A stretch of 64,000 bases of DNA, taken from the NCBI GenBank assembly GCA_947575605.1, contig CANPNZ010000002.1, positions 31,020 through 95,019 of the forward strand. Direction: 5' to 3'. Below, one piece after another: positions 10,775-21,287 of this stretch. The translations under genes were made by a program, and so were the position numbers. The notes below the pieces were generated by a model, which saw nothing but the letters and a program-made list of their open reading frames with translations, ran no database searches and was not told the DNA's origin. The DNA is from an uncultured Clostridium sp. Lineage in GTDB: Bacteria; Bacillota; Clostridia; TANB77; CAG-508. Each line of letters starts with the position of its first letter. Within the stretch, counting starts at the first letter, position 1.

Positions 10775-13255
10775 TTAATTTAAAGAATTTGTATTTATGT
10801 TAGTATTACTATTAGGAACATTGGTACTAGCATTAGCAGTATTATTTCTTTGTGAATTTGTTACATTTTCATTACTATTTGATACATTCGTATTCGTTTT
10901 ATTAGATGTATTATTGCTATTTATCGTATTCGTAGTATTTTTTATAGAATTACTATTAGTTATTATAGGAGAGGATTGATTTTCTACTGAATTATTGGTT
11001 GGTTTATTTGTATTATTATTTGGCAATATTTGTTGAGGATCCTCAGCATCAATATCTTGGGTAATCCCTTGTATAATTTCTTCGACTTTTTGATGCGTTG
11101 TATTAGTATTATTTTCTTTTAACTCAGATCCAGAATGTTTATCACATAATTGTGGTGTCGTTAGCCATAAGAAATATTCTGTATATGTATTTTGACATCC
11201 AGTAGTAGCCCTTTTCCCTGTTTCAGTACATATGGTACAACTAGAAACATTATTTGGTTTCTCAAATTTACTACTATTTAATCCAGCGTGAATTCTTGAC
11301 ATAACATTAGCCCACAATAGGCCAGCAGGATTTTTTTTGTTATAATCTATGGGTTCATTTACATCATAGCCATACCAAGTAACTGCTGTATAATAAGGTG
11401 TGAAACCGCAAAGCCATCGGTCATTGTTATCATCAGTTGTCCCTGTTTTAGCTGCAACATCTACTCCAGAAATTTTACAATAGGTAGCTGTTCCATTTGC
11501 TCCCTTAACTGGTTGTGTTAAGATGTCTTTTACGATATAAGCAACTTCTTTTGATACCACTCTTCTTTTATTTTGTACTGTTTTTAAAATTGTCTTACCA
11601 GCTTCATTTTCTATGCTAGAATAAAAGGTTGGTTCTATATATTCACCATTATTTGCTATGGTTGCATAGGCTCCTGCCATTTCTAAAGGACTAATTCCTT
11701 TTTGTAATCCTCCCAACGACAATACTAAAGTTTCATCTTCTTCTGTTAAGGAAGTTATTCCCATTTTTTTCAAATATTTGATAGCATTTTTTGGTTTTAA
11801 CGTTTCCATGATTTCTACAAAAGGAATGTTTTGTGAGGATTCTACCGCTCTTCTGACAGTTATTTTTCCTAAAGAAGGATTATAGTCTGTTGGATGATAC
11901 CCTTCTGCAAAGTCTCGTTCGGTATCATCATAAATAGAAGCTGCCGTAATAATCTTTTTATCAATGGCTGGTATTAATATCGATAAAGGTTTGATAGAAG
12001 ATCCTGTTTGTCTTACACTTTGCGTTGCTCGATTTAGTGATCTGGCTTTTGTTTTCTCTCCTAAACCACCTGTACAGCCAACAACATATCCTGTTTTATG
12101 GTCGATTATAACCATAGCAGCTTGTGAAGAATTTCCACCTGTTTTAGAAGGTAAGCTATATTTTGATTTTTCAAATTCTGTTTCTGTTTTTTCTTGTACT
12201 TTGGAATCTTGTGTACTATGTATTGTTAATCCTGCCATATTCATATAATTAGTAGCAAAGCTTTGGGATATATGATACTTTTTAGCAATATCTTCTGTTA
12301 TTTCTAAAATCAAAGCATCGGTATGGTAAGAATAAATAGCATCTTCGGATTTTATTTGACCTTTTTTAAATTTCAATCCTTCGTCCACATGGCTAAGCGC
12401 TATATTATAATTTTCTTCACTAATATATTTTAATTCTAACATTTTAGCAAGAACAGTTTTGGTTCTTTTTGCGATTTTTTCTTGATTATCCTTTTCTTCA
12501 AAGGGATTATAAGAATTGGGTGAATGATTAATGCCTGCTAAAAAAGCACATTCTTCTAAGGATAAATCCTTTGCCGATTTTTTAAAATAATAGTTAGCTC
12601 CTGTTTCGATACCATACATATTAGGACCAACATAGATAATGTTCAAGTAAGCTTCTAAAATTTCATCTTTTGATAGACAGGTTTCTAATTGCCATGCTTT
12701 CCACCATTCTTTTACTTTTCTTGTAATACTATCAGTTGAATCTCCTGTTAAATTTTTTACTAATTGTTGCGTAATGGTACTTCCTCCATAAGAAGATTTG
12801 CCAAAGTGAGTAATATAGGAAATAATAGCTCCACCCGTTCTTTTAATGTCAACTCCTCCATGTGAATAGAAACGTTCATCTTCAATGGCAACATAGGCAT
12901 TTTTTAAATCGTTTGGCATACTAGAAGATGAAATGGTTTCATTTTTTCTTTCACATCCTAATGTAGCAATTTCATTTCCATCCATGTCAACCACAATTGA
13001 ATTCTGATTGATTAACATTTCTTTGGCAAGTGTTTTCCATCGATGTGCAGAAATCCCCAATGTAATTCCTATTACTAAAATAGCACTTACAATGATAAGC
13101 AATATCAGCTTTTTTAATTTTCTTTTTTTATTTTTCTTTTTGGATTTTCCATTTTTCTTTTTATTTGTTTTTTTATTTTGATTCTTTTCTTCTATTTTTT
13201 TATTTTTTCGGAAGGCTTTTGGAATATAATCTTCTTCCTCTTTCTTACGAGACAA
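10775..13255 (-). CDS. penicillin-binding protein 1A (bifunctional GT51 transglycosylase/transpeptidase) with N/T/S-rich C-terminal tail
   Basis: GT51 motifs (ISYITHFGKSSYGGSTITQQ); transpeptidase SxxK (TGSSIKP); KTG motif. Confidence 0.9.
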   Translation of the reverse strand: MSRKKEEEDYIPKAFRKNKKIEEKNQNKKTNKKKNGKSKKKNKKRKLKKLILLIIVSAILVIGITLGISAHRWKTLAKEMLINQNSIVVDMDGNEIATLGCERKNETISSSSMPNDLKNAYVAIEDERFYSHGGVDIKRTGGAIISYITHFGKSSYGGSTITQQLVKNLTGDSTDSITRKVKEWWKAWQLETCLSKDEILEAYLNIIYVGPNMYGIETGANYYFKKSAKDLSLEECAFLAGINHSPNSYNPFEEKDNQEKIAKRTKTVLAKMLELKYISEENYNIALSHVDEGLKFKKGQIKSEDAIYSYHTDALILEITEDIAKKYHISQSFATNYMNMAGLTIHSTQDSKVQEKTETEFEKSKYSLPSKTGGNSSQAAMVIIDHKTGYVVGCTGGLGEKTKARSLNRATQSVRQTGSSIKPLSILIPAIDKKIITAASIYDDTERDFAEGYHPTDYNPSLGKITVRRAVESSQNIPFVEIMETLKPKNAIKYLKKMGITSLTEEDETLVLSLGGLQKGISPLEMAGAYATIANNGEYIEPTFYSSIENEAGKTILKTVQNKRRVVSKEVAYIVKDILTQPVKGANGTATYCKISGVDVAAKTGTTDDNNDRWLCGFTPYYTAVTWYGYDVNEPIDYNKKNPAGLLWANVMSRIHAGLNSSKFEKPNNVSSCTICTETGKRATTGCQNTYTEYFLWLTTPQLCDKHSGSELKENNTNTTHQKVEEIIQGITQDIDAEDPQQILPNNNTNKPTNNSVENQSSPIITNSNSIKNTTNTINSNNTSNKTNTNVSNSNENVTNSQRNNTANASTNVPNSNTNINTNSLN

Positions 13256-13316
13256 TTAAAATCACTTCCTTTTCAAATCTATTCATAGTATATCATAAAT
13301 TGCATAAAATACAAAT

Positions 13317-14643
13317 ATGGAAATTGAAAAAATAGAAACTAATTTAAAAAGAAATTTATACCTTCATTCTTCCTCTAGGAAGTTTTCCTCTCAAGCGAAA
13401 CAAATAGAAAATCAAGTAATTCGTATTAATCCAGAATTTACGTTTCAAGAAATTCTTGGATTTGGAGGAGCTTTTACAGAAAGTTCTTGTTATGTTTTAA
13501 GTAAGCTTCCAAAAGAAATCTCAGAGCAAATTTTAGAAGAATATTTTTCCCCTAATGGTTTACAGTATCAATTTGCTAGACTCTCGATTGGAAGTTGTGA
13601 TTTTTCTTTAACTAGTTACTCATATTCTTACGAAAAAGATTTGTCAGACTTTTCTATTCATCATGATATGAAATATATCATTCCCATTATTAAATCTGCT
13701 CAAAGACAAAATGGAAATCTTAAATTTCTTGCTAGTACTTGGTCTCCTCCCGCTTTTATGAAAGATAATCAGAGTTTAATGGGTGGTGGTAAATTATTAT
13801 CTCAATATAGAAAATTATGGGCCGAATATCTTGTAAAATATGTTCGTAGCTATCAAGAACAAGGGATTCCTATCTCCTATATGACAATTCAAAATGAACC
13901 AAATGCCAAACAAATATGGGAATCCTGTTTGTATTCTTCGAAAGAAGAAGCAGACTTACTAAGAAATTACTTATCCCCTACTTTCAAAATAAATGGATTG
14001 CCTACACAATTTTTGATATGGGATCATAATAAAGATATTATATTAGAAAGAAGTCTTGAAACACTAATTCATCATAATGCTTTAACCGCTAGCAGTGGTA
14101 TTGCTTTTCATTGGTACACAGGTGGACATTTTGACAGTTTAGAAAGATTACGTCATCTATTCCCTAATTTACTTTTATTTCATACAGAAGGTTGTACTGG
14201 TTATTCTCATTTTAAACCAAAAGATGAACTATTTAATGCGGAAATGTATGCTTATGAAATGCTAGAAGATTTTAATCATGGCGTAAATGCCTTCATCGAT
14301 TGGAATATCATTTTAGATTATAGTCGGTGGTCCCAATCACGTTAAAAATTATTGCAATAGTCCTATTATGATGGATAAAAAGGGAACTGGTTATAGTAAG
14401 ACTCCTACTTTTTATTATATTTCACAGTTAGCTAAATTCATTAAACCTGGTAGCAAAAGAATTCATTTTAATAAATTTTCTGAAGATATTTCCGTATCTG
14501 CCTTTAAAAATCCGGATAAAAGTGTTATTATAGTATTGTTAAATAAAACGGATAAAAATGTCGAATATAATTTGTGTTATAATGAGTTTACTCTTCATGA
14601 TAATTTGGATAGTCATGCGATTGTAACTTATAGAATTAATTGA
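13317..14643 (+). pseudogene. glycosyl hydrolase family 30 (glucosylceramidase-like), frameshifted near 14325
   Basis: N-terminal GFGGAFTE. The hallmark GGPNHVKNYCNSPI appears only in another frame across 14330-14370. Confidence 0.6.
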
Positions 14644-14661
14644 CATATTATTTTTGAAAGG

Positions 14662-15654
14662 ATGGATACTATGATAAATCGAGAAGATAATCCAGAATTC
14701 GTAAATTCTTTTTTAGATTATTCTATTACTATTTTAAATAAATCACCCAATAGTATTAAAGAATACAATTATGATTTAAGTATGTTTTTAAGGTTTATAA
14801 AATTACATTTTCATATGACCGAAAAAACGGATTTAAAAGAAATTAAAATAGATGATATGACAATTGATACCATAAAGAAAATTACATTAGATGATATTCA
14901 TGCTTTTATTTCCTATTTAACTCGTGAGTATCATAGCAAAGCTACTACTAGAGCTAGAAAGGTTTCAACGATTCGAATCTTCTTTAAATATCTAAGTAGA
15001 AAAGCAAAATTAATTGATGTTAATCCAGCACAAGATTTAGAAACTCCTAAATTAGATAAAAGATTACCGAAATATTTATCTTTAGAAGATAGTAGAAAAC
15101 TACTTGCTATTACTTCTAATGAAGATAACAGAAATTGCGAAAGAGATTATGCTATTATTACTTTATTCTTGAATTGTGGTATGCGTCTTTCTGAATTAGT
15201 TGGTATTAATCTTCAAGATATTGATTTTGGAGAATGTAAATTAAATGTTATTGGTAAGGGTAACAAAGAAAGAACGATTTATTTGAATAGAGCTTGTATG
15301 AAAGCAATTGCTGATTATATGGAAGTACGACCAAAACAAGGTATTAAACATGATAGTAAATCTTCTGAAAAAGCACTTTTCTTGAGTGAAAGAAAAACTA
15401 GAATTAGTAATCGAACGGTTGAAAATATAGTTTCTAAACAATTACAATTAGCAGGTCTGGATACTAAAAAATATTCCGTTCATAAGCTAAGACATACGGC
15501 TGCTACTTTGATGTATCAATATGGACAAGTTGATATTCGAGCTCTTCAAGAGCTTTTAGGACATGAGAGTATTGCTACTACTGAAATATATACTCACGTT
15601 AGTAATGATCAAGTTCGTAACGCAGTAGAAAATAATCCATTGGCTAATTTATAA
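14662..15654 (+). CDS. tyrosine recombinase XerC/XerD family
   Basis: N-terminal SAM-like domain; C-terminal catalytic RHT...HESIATTEIYTHV with catalytic Tyr. Confidence 0.85.
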   Translation: MDTMINREDNPEFVNSFLDYSITILNKSPNSIKEYNYDLSMFLRFIKLHFHMTEKTDLKEIKIDDMTIDTIKKITLDDIHAFISYLTREYHSKATTRARKVSTIRIFFKYLSRKAKLIDVNPAQDLETPKLDKRLPKYLSLEDSRKLLAITSNEDNRNCERDYAIITLFLNCGMRLSELVGINLQDIDFGECKLNVIGKGNKERTIYLNRACMKAIADYMEVRPKQGIKHDSKSSEKALFLSERKTRISNRTVENIVSKQLQLAGLDTKKYSVHKLRHTAATLMYQYGQVDIRALQELLGHESIATTEIYTHVSNDQVRNAVENNPLANL

Positions 15655-15679
15655 AATTTTTTGATATAAAATACATTCC

Positions 15680-15780
15680 ACAGAAAATTCTGTAAGAATT
15701 TTTGTGGCAAACAAAAACAGGGCATGTAAGTTATTTAAAAGTTCAATAAATTTTAATCATGCCCCTTTTGTTCTTATAGA
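15680..15780. repeat. Family D hairpin repeat (second copy, inverted, at 57055-57150)
   Basis: About 80 % identity of the reverse complement to 57055-57150; internal hairpin ccacagaaaattc/gaatttttgtgg. Confidence 0.6.
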
Positions 15781-16073
15781 TTTGGAATCAAAATTTTTTG
15801 TCCTATTTCTAAATTTTCACTTTGAAGATTGTTGAGTTTTTCAATTTCATACATAACTTCTCTAATGTCTTTATTTTTATAATATTCATTGTTACTTACT
15901 TCATTTTCAGCAATGGACCATAAGGTATCACCTTTTATAATGTAATCTTCTTTGTAGGCTACTTCTGTTTTAGAATAAGTATTACTAATTCCTAAAAAGG
16001 CAAGAATGCTTCCCCCTAGTATAATTACCATACTTCTTATAAATTTCTTTTTGTTTACTATTTTCATTTTCAT
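15774..16073 (-). CDS. LysM domain protein with N-terminal TM
   Basis: LysM signature YIIKGDTLWSIA...GQKILIP. Confidence 0.7.
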   Translation of the reverse strand: MKMKIVNKKKFIRSMVIILGGSILAFLGISNTYSKTEVAYKEDYIIKGDTLWSIAENEVSNNEYYKNKDIREVMYEIEKLNNLQSENLEIGQKILIPNL

Positions 16074-16232
16074 ATATAATCATCTCCTTTTAGAAATTTT
16101 GTTCGCTTGTTGAGATAATTATATACGAACATTTTTTCTTTGTCAATACTTTTTTGAAAAAATGTTCGTTTTTTTTATTGTTCAGCCAGATAGTTATTTT
16201 TGTATGTGAAAGTTTATAAGACTGAATGATAA

Positions 16233-17007
16233 CTATTTTTCAAATATCTTTTTATAGTATGGTTGTATTTCTGGTAATAAACTATCTAAGTAAATAATAT
16301 GGTTATTGCTATCTTCTATTTTCATATTAGGAAAAGTTCTTATCATTTTTTTGTCATTCCAATACGTATTAATAAATTTTGATAAGGATTGTTTTTCTTG
16401 TATTTTTTGATAGTCCTTTTCCCTTCTTTTTATGTCTTTCATTTCTATTTCATTTTCAATAGCCATTCTTGTAATAAAGGCATCTTGAGCATAACAGGTT
16501 GCCATACAATCAATCAGCAAAAATAAAATAATAACAGTAAGCATCGTTTTTGCCAGTTTACGAGATATTTTACTTGTTATTTTTTCTATACTATTCTCTA
16601 CCAACGGATGAAATTTCTTTATTAGAAATAAGGTTAAAATTCCCCAAAATACAGAATATAACAAACATACTCTTCCATTGATATTCAATATATTATTGCT
16701 ATAATCCCACCATTTAGCATGTAAAAATACTTCTGCTAAAAAACTAATTAAATATTCTGTTATAGTTCCAATAACATATCCACCTAAAAATAAAGTAACA
16801 TTATTTTTGTCTAAATATTGAGAAGCTATTATAATAGTAATTGCCCCCATGCCATAGATACCGTAAAAATGGTCCATATAAAAAACTTTGTCTACATTCC
16901 CATAATCCAGTAGTCAAAATACCATATATGGTTTCTAGGATATAACCTAAAAAACTATATAAAATAAAATATGCAAATATTTTCCATATGCTAATTTTTT
17001 CTTTCAT
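16233..17007 (-). pseudogene. putative ABC-transporter type IV/DUF1113-like membrane protein, frameshifted in an A5 run at 16866-16870
   Basis: Two overlapping ORFs. Removing one A restores ...SFLYGPFYGIYGMGAI, matching the family motif GPWCPIYGFGA. Confidence 0.5.
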
Positions 17008-17066
17008 ATTCTTTCCTTTTTATCTATTTTTCTCATTTTCTACTTTTTCATTCATTTAGTTTTTAG

Positions 17067-17650
17067 TATTTTATAGTAAAATGGGACTAATTTGTTCCCC
17101 ATCTAAGGCATATTCTATGGTTTTTATGATATACTCAAAATCAAATACGATAGATCTTGGTTTTGTAATGGGATTATCTTGTCTAAATGGTACAAAGTAA
17201 TAATTTTTTCTATTTAATAATCTCCCTAAGTTTTCCGCATTTCCGGCTTAAACCATTGTTGGTAGATGGTGCAATTACTAAAGGATACCCATTTCTTAAA
17301 TGGGATTTGGCAGCCATAGTAGCTGGTGTATCAATAATATCACATGCTAATTTTGACATAGTATTTCCTGAACAAGGTGCAATAATCATAATGTCTGTCA
17401 TTTTTTTAGGTCCAATGGGTTCGGCATCTTGAATGGTATGAATTATTTTTTTGCCAGTTATGTTTTCAATTTGTTCTATAAAGTCTTTTGCTTTACCAAA
17501 TTTGGTGTCCATAGAATAGCTATTATATGACATGACTGGTATGATTTCTGCCCCTTTATCTATCAGTTCTTTCATTTTTGGTATCGTTTTACTAAAGGTA
17601 CAAAAAGAACCTGTTAATACAAATCCTATTTTCTTATTTTTCACTTCCAA
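17067..17650 (-). pseudogene. dpaB: dipicolinate synthase subunit B (DpaB/SpoVFB, HFCD flavoprotein), frameshifted near 17230
   Basis: IGFVLTGSFCTF...IIAPCSGNTMSKLA matches SpoVFB. The C-terminus (NAENLGRLLNRKNYYFVPFRQDNP...) continues in the +1 frame to a stop at 17067. Confidence 0.6.
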
Positions 17651-17825
17651 ATTTGTCTAGTCCTCCTTTCATATTATATTTATATATAATATGAAATTAT
17701 GTAAATTTTGAAAGCTATTTTATTTATTTTTTTACATTTTTAAAGTTAAATATTATAAGTATTATTGTCAAATAGTTCTAGTGGATAAATATTATTGTTT
17801 TCGATGTCATTAATTGCTTTCATTT

Positions 17826-18551
17826 TTAATCCTCCAATTCTTCTTTTATATAATTTAACATTTCTTTAAAATCATTAAATCGATATTGGCATAAGTTATT
17901 AATTTCATCTCTATTACCATCTGAATATTGGTCATACATTACAGCTACTTCAATATTAGCATTATTAGCTGCCTCCACCCCAATAAGTGAATCTTCTATA
18001 ATTAAACATTCTTCTGGTTTAACCTTTAGTTCTTTTAAAATTTTATAATGTATGGCTGGATTTGGTTTTAATTCTTTTACAGCTCCTTTTGAATATACAA
18101 TAGAAAATATAGCATCAAAAGAAGCTTTATTGATTATGTTTTTGTTTTCTTTTTTATAATTTTCTATTGTATGATCATTCGTTGTACTTGCTATTGCTAA
18201 AATAAATCCTTTTTCTTTTAAATATTTTAATAGTTCTTCGGCATTTGGTTTATAGTCTATCACTTCTTTTAAATATTTATCAGCCATCTGATATCTTAAT
18301 TCTTTAATTTCTTTTTTATTCATTTTGGCATGATATTTTTGTTTTAGAAACCCACAATATTCCAAATAAGCATCTTCCTGTTGGCTATATTTTTTCAATA
18401 TTAAATCTCTTTGTTTTCCCAAGTCTACATTTTCTATTTTGTAATCTGATATTGTCTCTATTACTTGTTTGTCTATTAAATTCCAGATTCCAATGGAATC
18501 AATTAATGTTCCATCTAAATCAAAAATGATTACTTTTTTTCCTTTTACCAT
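17826..18551 (-). CDS. HAD-superfamily hydrolase (beta-phosphoglucomutase-like phosphatase)
   Basis: DLDGTL motif I; HAD motifs present. Confidence 0.7.
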   Translation of the reverse strand: MVKGKKVIIFDLDGTLIDSIGIWNLIDKQVIETISDYKIENVDLGKQRDLILKKYSQQEDAYLEYCGFLKQKYHAKMNKKEIKELRYQMADKYLKEVIDYKPNAEELLKYLKEKGFILAIASTTNDHTIENYKKENKNIINKASFDAIFSIVYSKGAVKELKPNPAIHYKILKELKVKPEECLIIEDSLIGVEAANNANIEVAVMYDQYSDGNRDEINNLCQYRFNDFKEMLNYIKEELED

Positions 18552-18640
18552 ATTTACCTCTTTCGATTTATTTTTCTATTTAGTTTATATCATAATAGAC
18601 TATTTATTTCAACTTGTACATATTATTAAAAGGTGATATT

Positions 18641-20026
18641 TTGAAAAGAACAAAAAAATTTTTTATGAATGGAATTATCTTAACCATAACAGCTTTCTTT
18701 ATGAAAAGTATAGGTATGTTATTTAATCTATATATCTCTAATAAAATTGGTTCAGAAGCAGTTGGTGTATTTAGTTTAGTTATATCAGTTTATATCTTTG
18801 CCATTACCTTAGCTACCTCTGGATTAAGTCTTGCCTGTACATGTATTGTTTCAGAACAATTTGCCCAGAAAAGCTTTCTAAATGGATTAAAAGCAGTTAA
18901 AAGTTGTCTTTTCTTTTCCTTGTTATTAGGTTTAGGAAGTGGATTTCTTATTTTAATTTTTTCTAATACAATTTCTCAGAATTGGCTTACATCAATGGTA
19001 TCTTGTATTCCTATTTACTTGATTGCTGCTGGACTACCTTTTATTAGCATTTCTAGCGTATTAAACGGATACTTTTCAGCGGTAAGAAAAGCTTATAAAA
19101 GTGCATTTTCTCAAGTATTCGAACTACTTGTTAAAATTTTGGTAAGTCTTTTATTATTAAATTTTTACACCAATAGAAATGTAGAAACTATTTGTATTTG
19201 CTTGATTCTAGCGGATGTTATTTCTGAAATTGCTTCTTGTTGCTTATTATTTGCTTTATATAAAATAGATCGACGTAGATATAGTAATCGTTGTATTACG
19301 AATATAACCTTCAAAAAAAGAATTTTTAAAATTACAATTCCTGTTTCCATTACTTCCTATATTCGCTCTGGATTATCTATGTTAAAACAATTTCTAATTC
19401 CTAGTCGTTTAGTATTATTTGGATTACCTTATAGTATGGCTTTATCAGAATATGGAAAAATCAATGGAATGACTATATCTGTTCTTATGTTTCCGAATGT
19501 CTTTATTACGTCATTTAGTAATTTATTGATTCCTGAGTTTTCTAGTTTAATGGCGAAACAATATAAAAAGAGAATGATAGAGGTTTGTCAAAAAGTATTT
19601 TTGGTTACCTCTATATTCTCTATTGCTATTTCTGTTATATTCTTTTTGTTTGCCAATGAAATTAGTCTTATGGTATTTAAAAATTTAGAATGTGCTAAAT
19701 ACATCAAAATTCTTTCTCCCCTTGTTTTATTTATGTACCTAGATAATATTATAGATAGCATACTAAAAGGTCTAAATAAACAATTTGGAGTTATGTTTTG
19801 TAATATTTTAGATTTGATTTTGACAATTAGTATTTTATATTTTTTATTACCATCTTTTGGTTTGACTGGTTATCTTTTAGCTATTGTAGTTAGCGAAATG
19901 TTTAACTTTTGTATTAGCTTTTTTCAATTGTATCGAGCTATCGAATTTAAAATGAAATTTTGGTTAACTAGTTGTTGTCTATTTTTTCTTTTCTTAGCCA
20001 CATATCAAATTATAGAAATTATGTAA
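18641..20026 (+). CDS. MOP-superfamily flippase (SpoVB/MurJ-like polysaccharide biosynthesis protein)
   Basis: 14-TM Wzx/MurJ-like profile; N-terminus resembles stage V sporulation protein B. TTG start at 18641 with RBS AAAGGTGA (ORF track begins at 18614). Confidence 0.65.
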   Translation: MKRTKKFFMNGIILTITAFFMKSIGMLFNLYISNKIGSEAVGVFSLVISVYIFAITLATSGLSLACTCIVSEQFAQKSFLNGLKAVKSCLFFSLLLGLGSGFLILIFSNTISQNWLTSMVSCIPIYLIAAGLPFISISSVLNGYFSAVRKAYKSAFSQVFELLVKILVSLLLLNFYTNRNVETICICLILADVISEIASCCLLFALYKIDRRRYSNRCITNITFKKRIFKITIPVSITSYIRSGLSMLKQFLIPSRLVLFGLPYSMALSEYGKINGMTISVLMFPNVFITSFSNLLIPEFSSLMAKQYKKRMIEVCQKVFLVTSIFSIAISVIFFLFANEISLMVFKNLECAKYIKILSPLVLFMYLDNIIDSILKGLNKQFGVMFCNILDLILTISILYFLLPSFGLTGYLLAIVVSEMFNFCISFFQLYRAIEFKMKFWLTSCCLFFLFLATYQIIEIM

Positions 20027-20044
20027 AATTTGTAACTCGCTTTG

Positions 20045-20300
20045 CTTTATATGCTTAATACCCGACACTTTTTTGAAATGTGTAACAAAATATAAAAATT
20101 AGAAAAAAAGCGAATGGAAAGTAATTTATACTAGAACTTCTTAATTAATTTTATGGAAAATGTTCGCACTTTATGTGTGAGAGCTGCCATAAAATTAATT
20201 TAGAAGTTATGTGAAAATTAGCTTGACCGAGCGTTTTGATAATTTTTATATTTTATTACACTATAAAATTAAAAACTGTCGGGTATTAAGCTTTATATGG
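20045..20300. repeat. Family A palindromic structured repeat, copy 2, with promoter-like TTGACC-17-TTATAT
   Basis: Terminal inverted repeats gcttaatacccgacac (20052-20067) and gtcgggtattaagc (20278-20291). Internal hairpins are conserved with copy 1 via compensatory substitutions. Confidence 0.65.
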
Positions 20301-20363
20301 CTAAGAAATCTTAAATAGACATCTATCTCAAATCCGACAAAAATGTCGGAAAAGAAACGTCCC

Positions 20364-20943
20364 TTAAAAACGATGATTGACTTCGTTCCAATTTACAATA
20401 TTCCAAAAAGCATTAATATAATCAGGTCTTTTGGTTTGATATTGTAAATAATAAGAATGTTCCCACATATCCAAAACTAATAATGGTTTACATCCCCACA
20501 AAGTAAGATCTTGATGTTTCTCACATTGTAGTATTTCAAGTTTGTTCCACTTAGAAACCCAAACCAATAAACACCAACCGGGAAGCCTCTACCATTTTAC
20601 TTGCTTCGTTAAATTGATTTTTAAAAGCTGCATAACTTCCAAAATCTTTTGTAATTTGCTCCATTAATGGCAAACTTGGTTCGGTTGGAACCGCTGGTCC
20701 CATATTCATAAAAAATAATTCATGTAAAATAGCTCCTGAACCAAAAAAACTCAAATTCTTTTCATAACATTTTATATTGGCAAAATCATTATTTTTTCTA
20801 GCTTGTTGCAATTTTTCTTCTGTCTGATTGGTATTATCTACATATCCTTTATATAATACATTATAATGTAAATCTAAGGTTTCTTTTGAATAGTATGGTT
20901 CTAACGCATCTAATGGATAGGGCAATTCTATCATTTTTAACAT
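20364..20943 (-). pseudogene. sodA: Fe/Mn superoxide dismutase, apparent frameshift in a C/G run near 20575
   Basis: N-terminal HYNVLYKGYV... and C-terminal LDMWEHSYYLQYQTKRPDYINAFWNIVNW lie in different frames. Confidence 0.75.
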
Positions 20944-21105
20944 ATGAAAATCCTCCTTCCTTATAAATATATGTATCCTGAATCTTTTAAATTATAACTA
21001 TGTCATAAAAATGTAATATTTTTCCTTGCTTTTTTCTGTTATAATAAAATAAATAGCAGAAGAAAAAAATGAGTTATAATTCACAGCTAGATATACTTTT
21101 ATAAA

Positions 21106-21255
21106 CAAAATTTATTATATTTTTATAAAATAACAATTCGGGGGGACCAACAAATTATAGAATGTTATCAAATTTTATTAATTTTTTTAATAAAATTTGA
21201 TTTACAGTCTATTATGTGGTTGGGAGTTATTTTATAAAAATACTAATAAATTTTG
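21106..21255. repeat. Family B palindromic repeat, copy 1 (inverted partner at 46538-46686)
   Basis: Reverse complement of 46538-46686 matches with about 93 % identity. Internal perfect palindrome ATCAAATTTTATTAA-T7-TTAATAAAATTTGAT; G6 tract. Confidence 0.8.
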
Positions 21256-21287
21256 TTAGTATTTTTTAACTGTAAAATGTAACAAAA

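Noticed and set aside
14662-15654. Tyrosine recombinase as part of an integrative element
   Set aside because: It has the XerC/XerD-type N-terminal SAM-like domain, and no flanking repeats or cargo were evident. It is more likely the chromosomal dimer-resolution recombinase.
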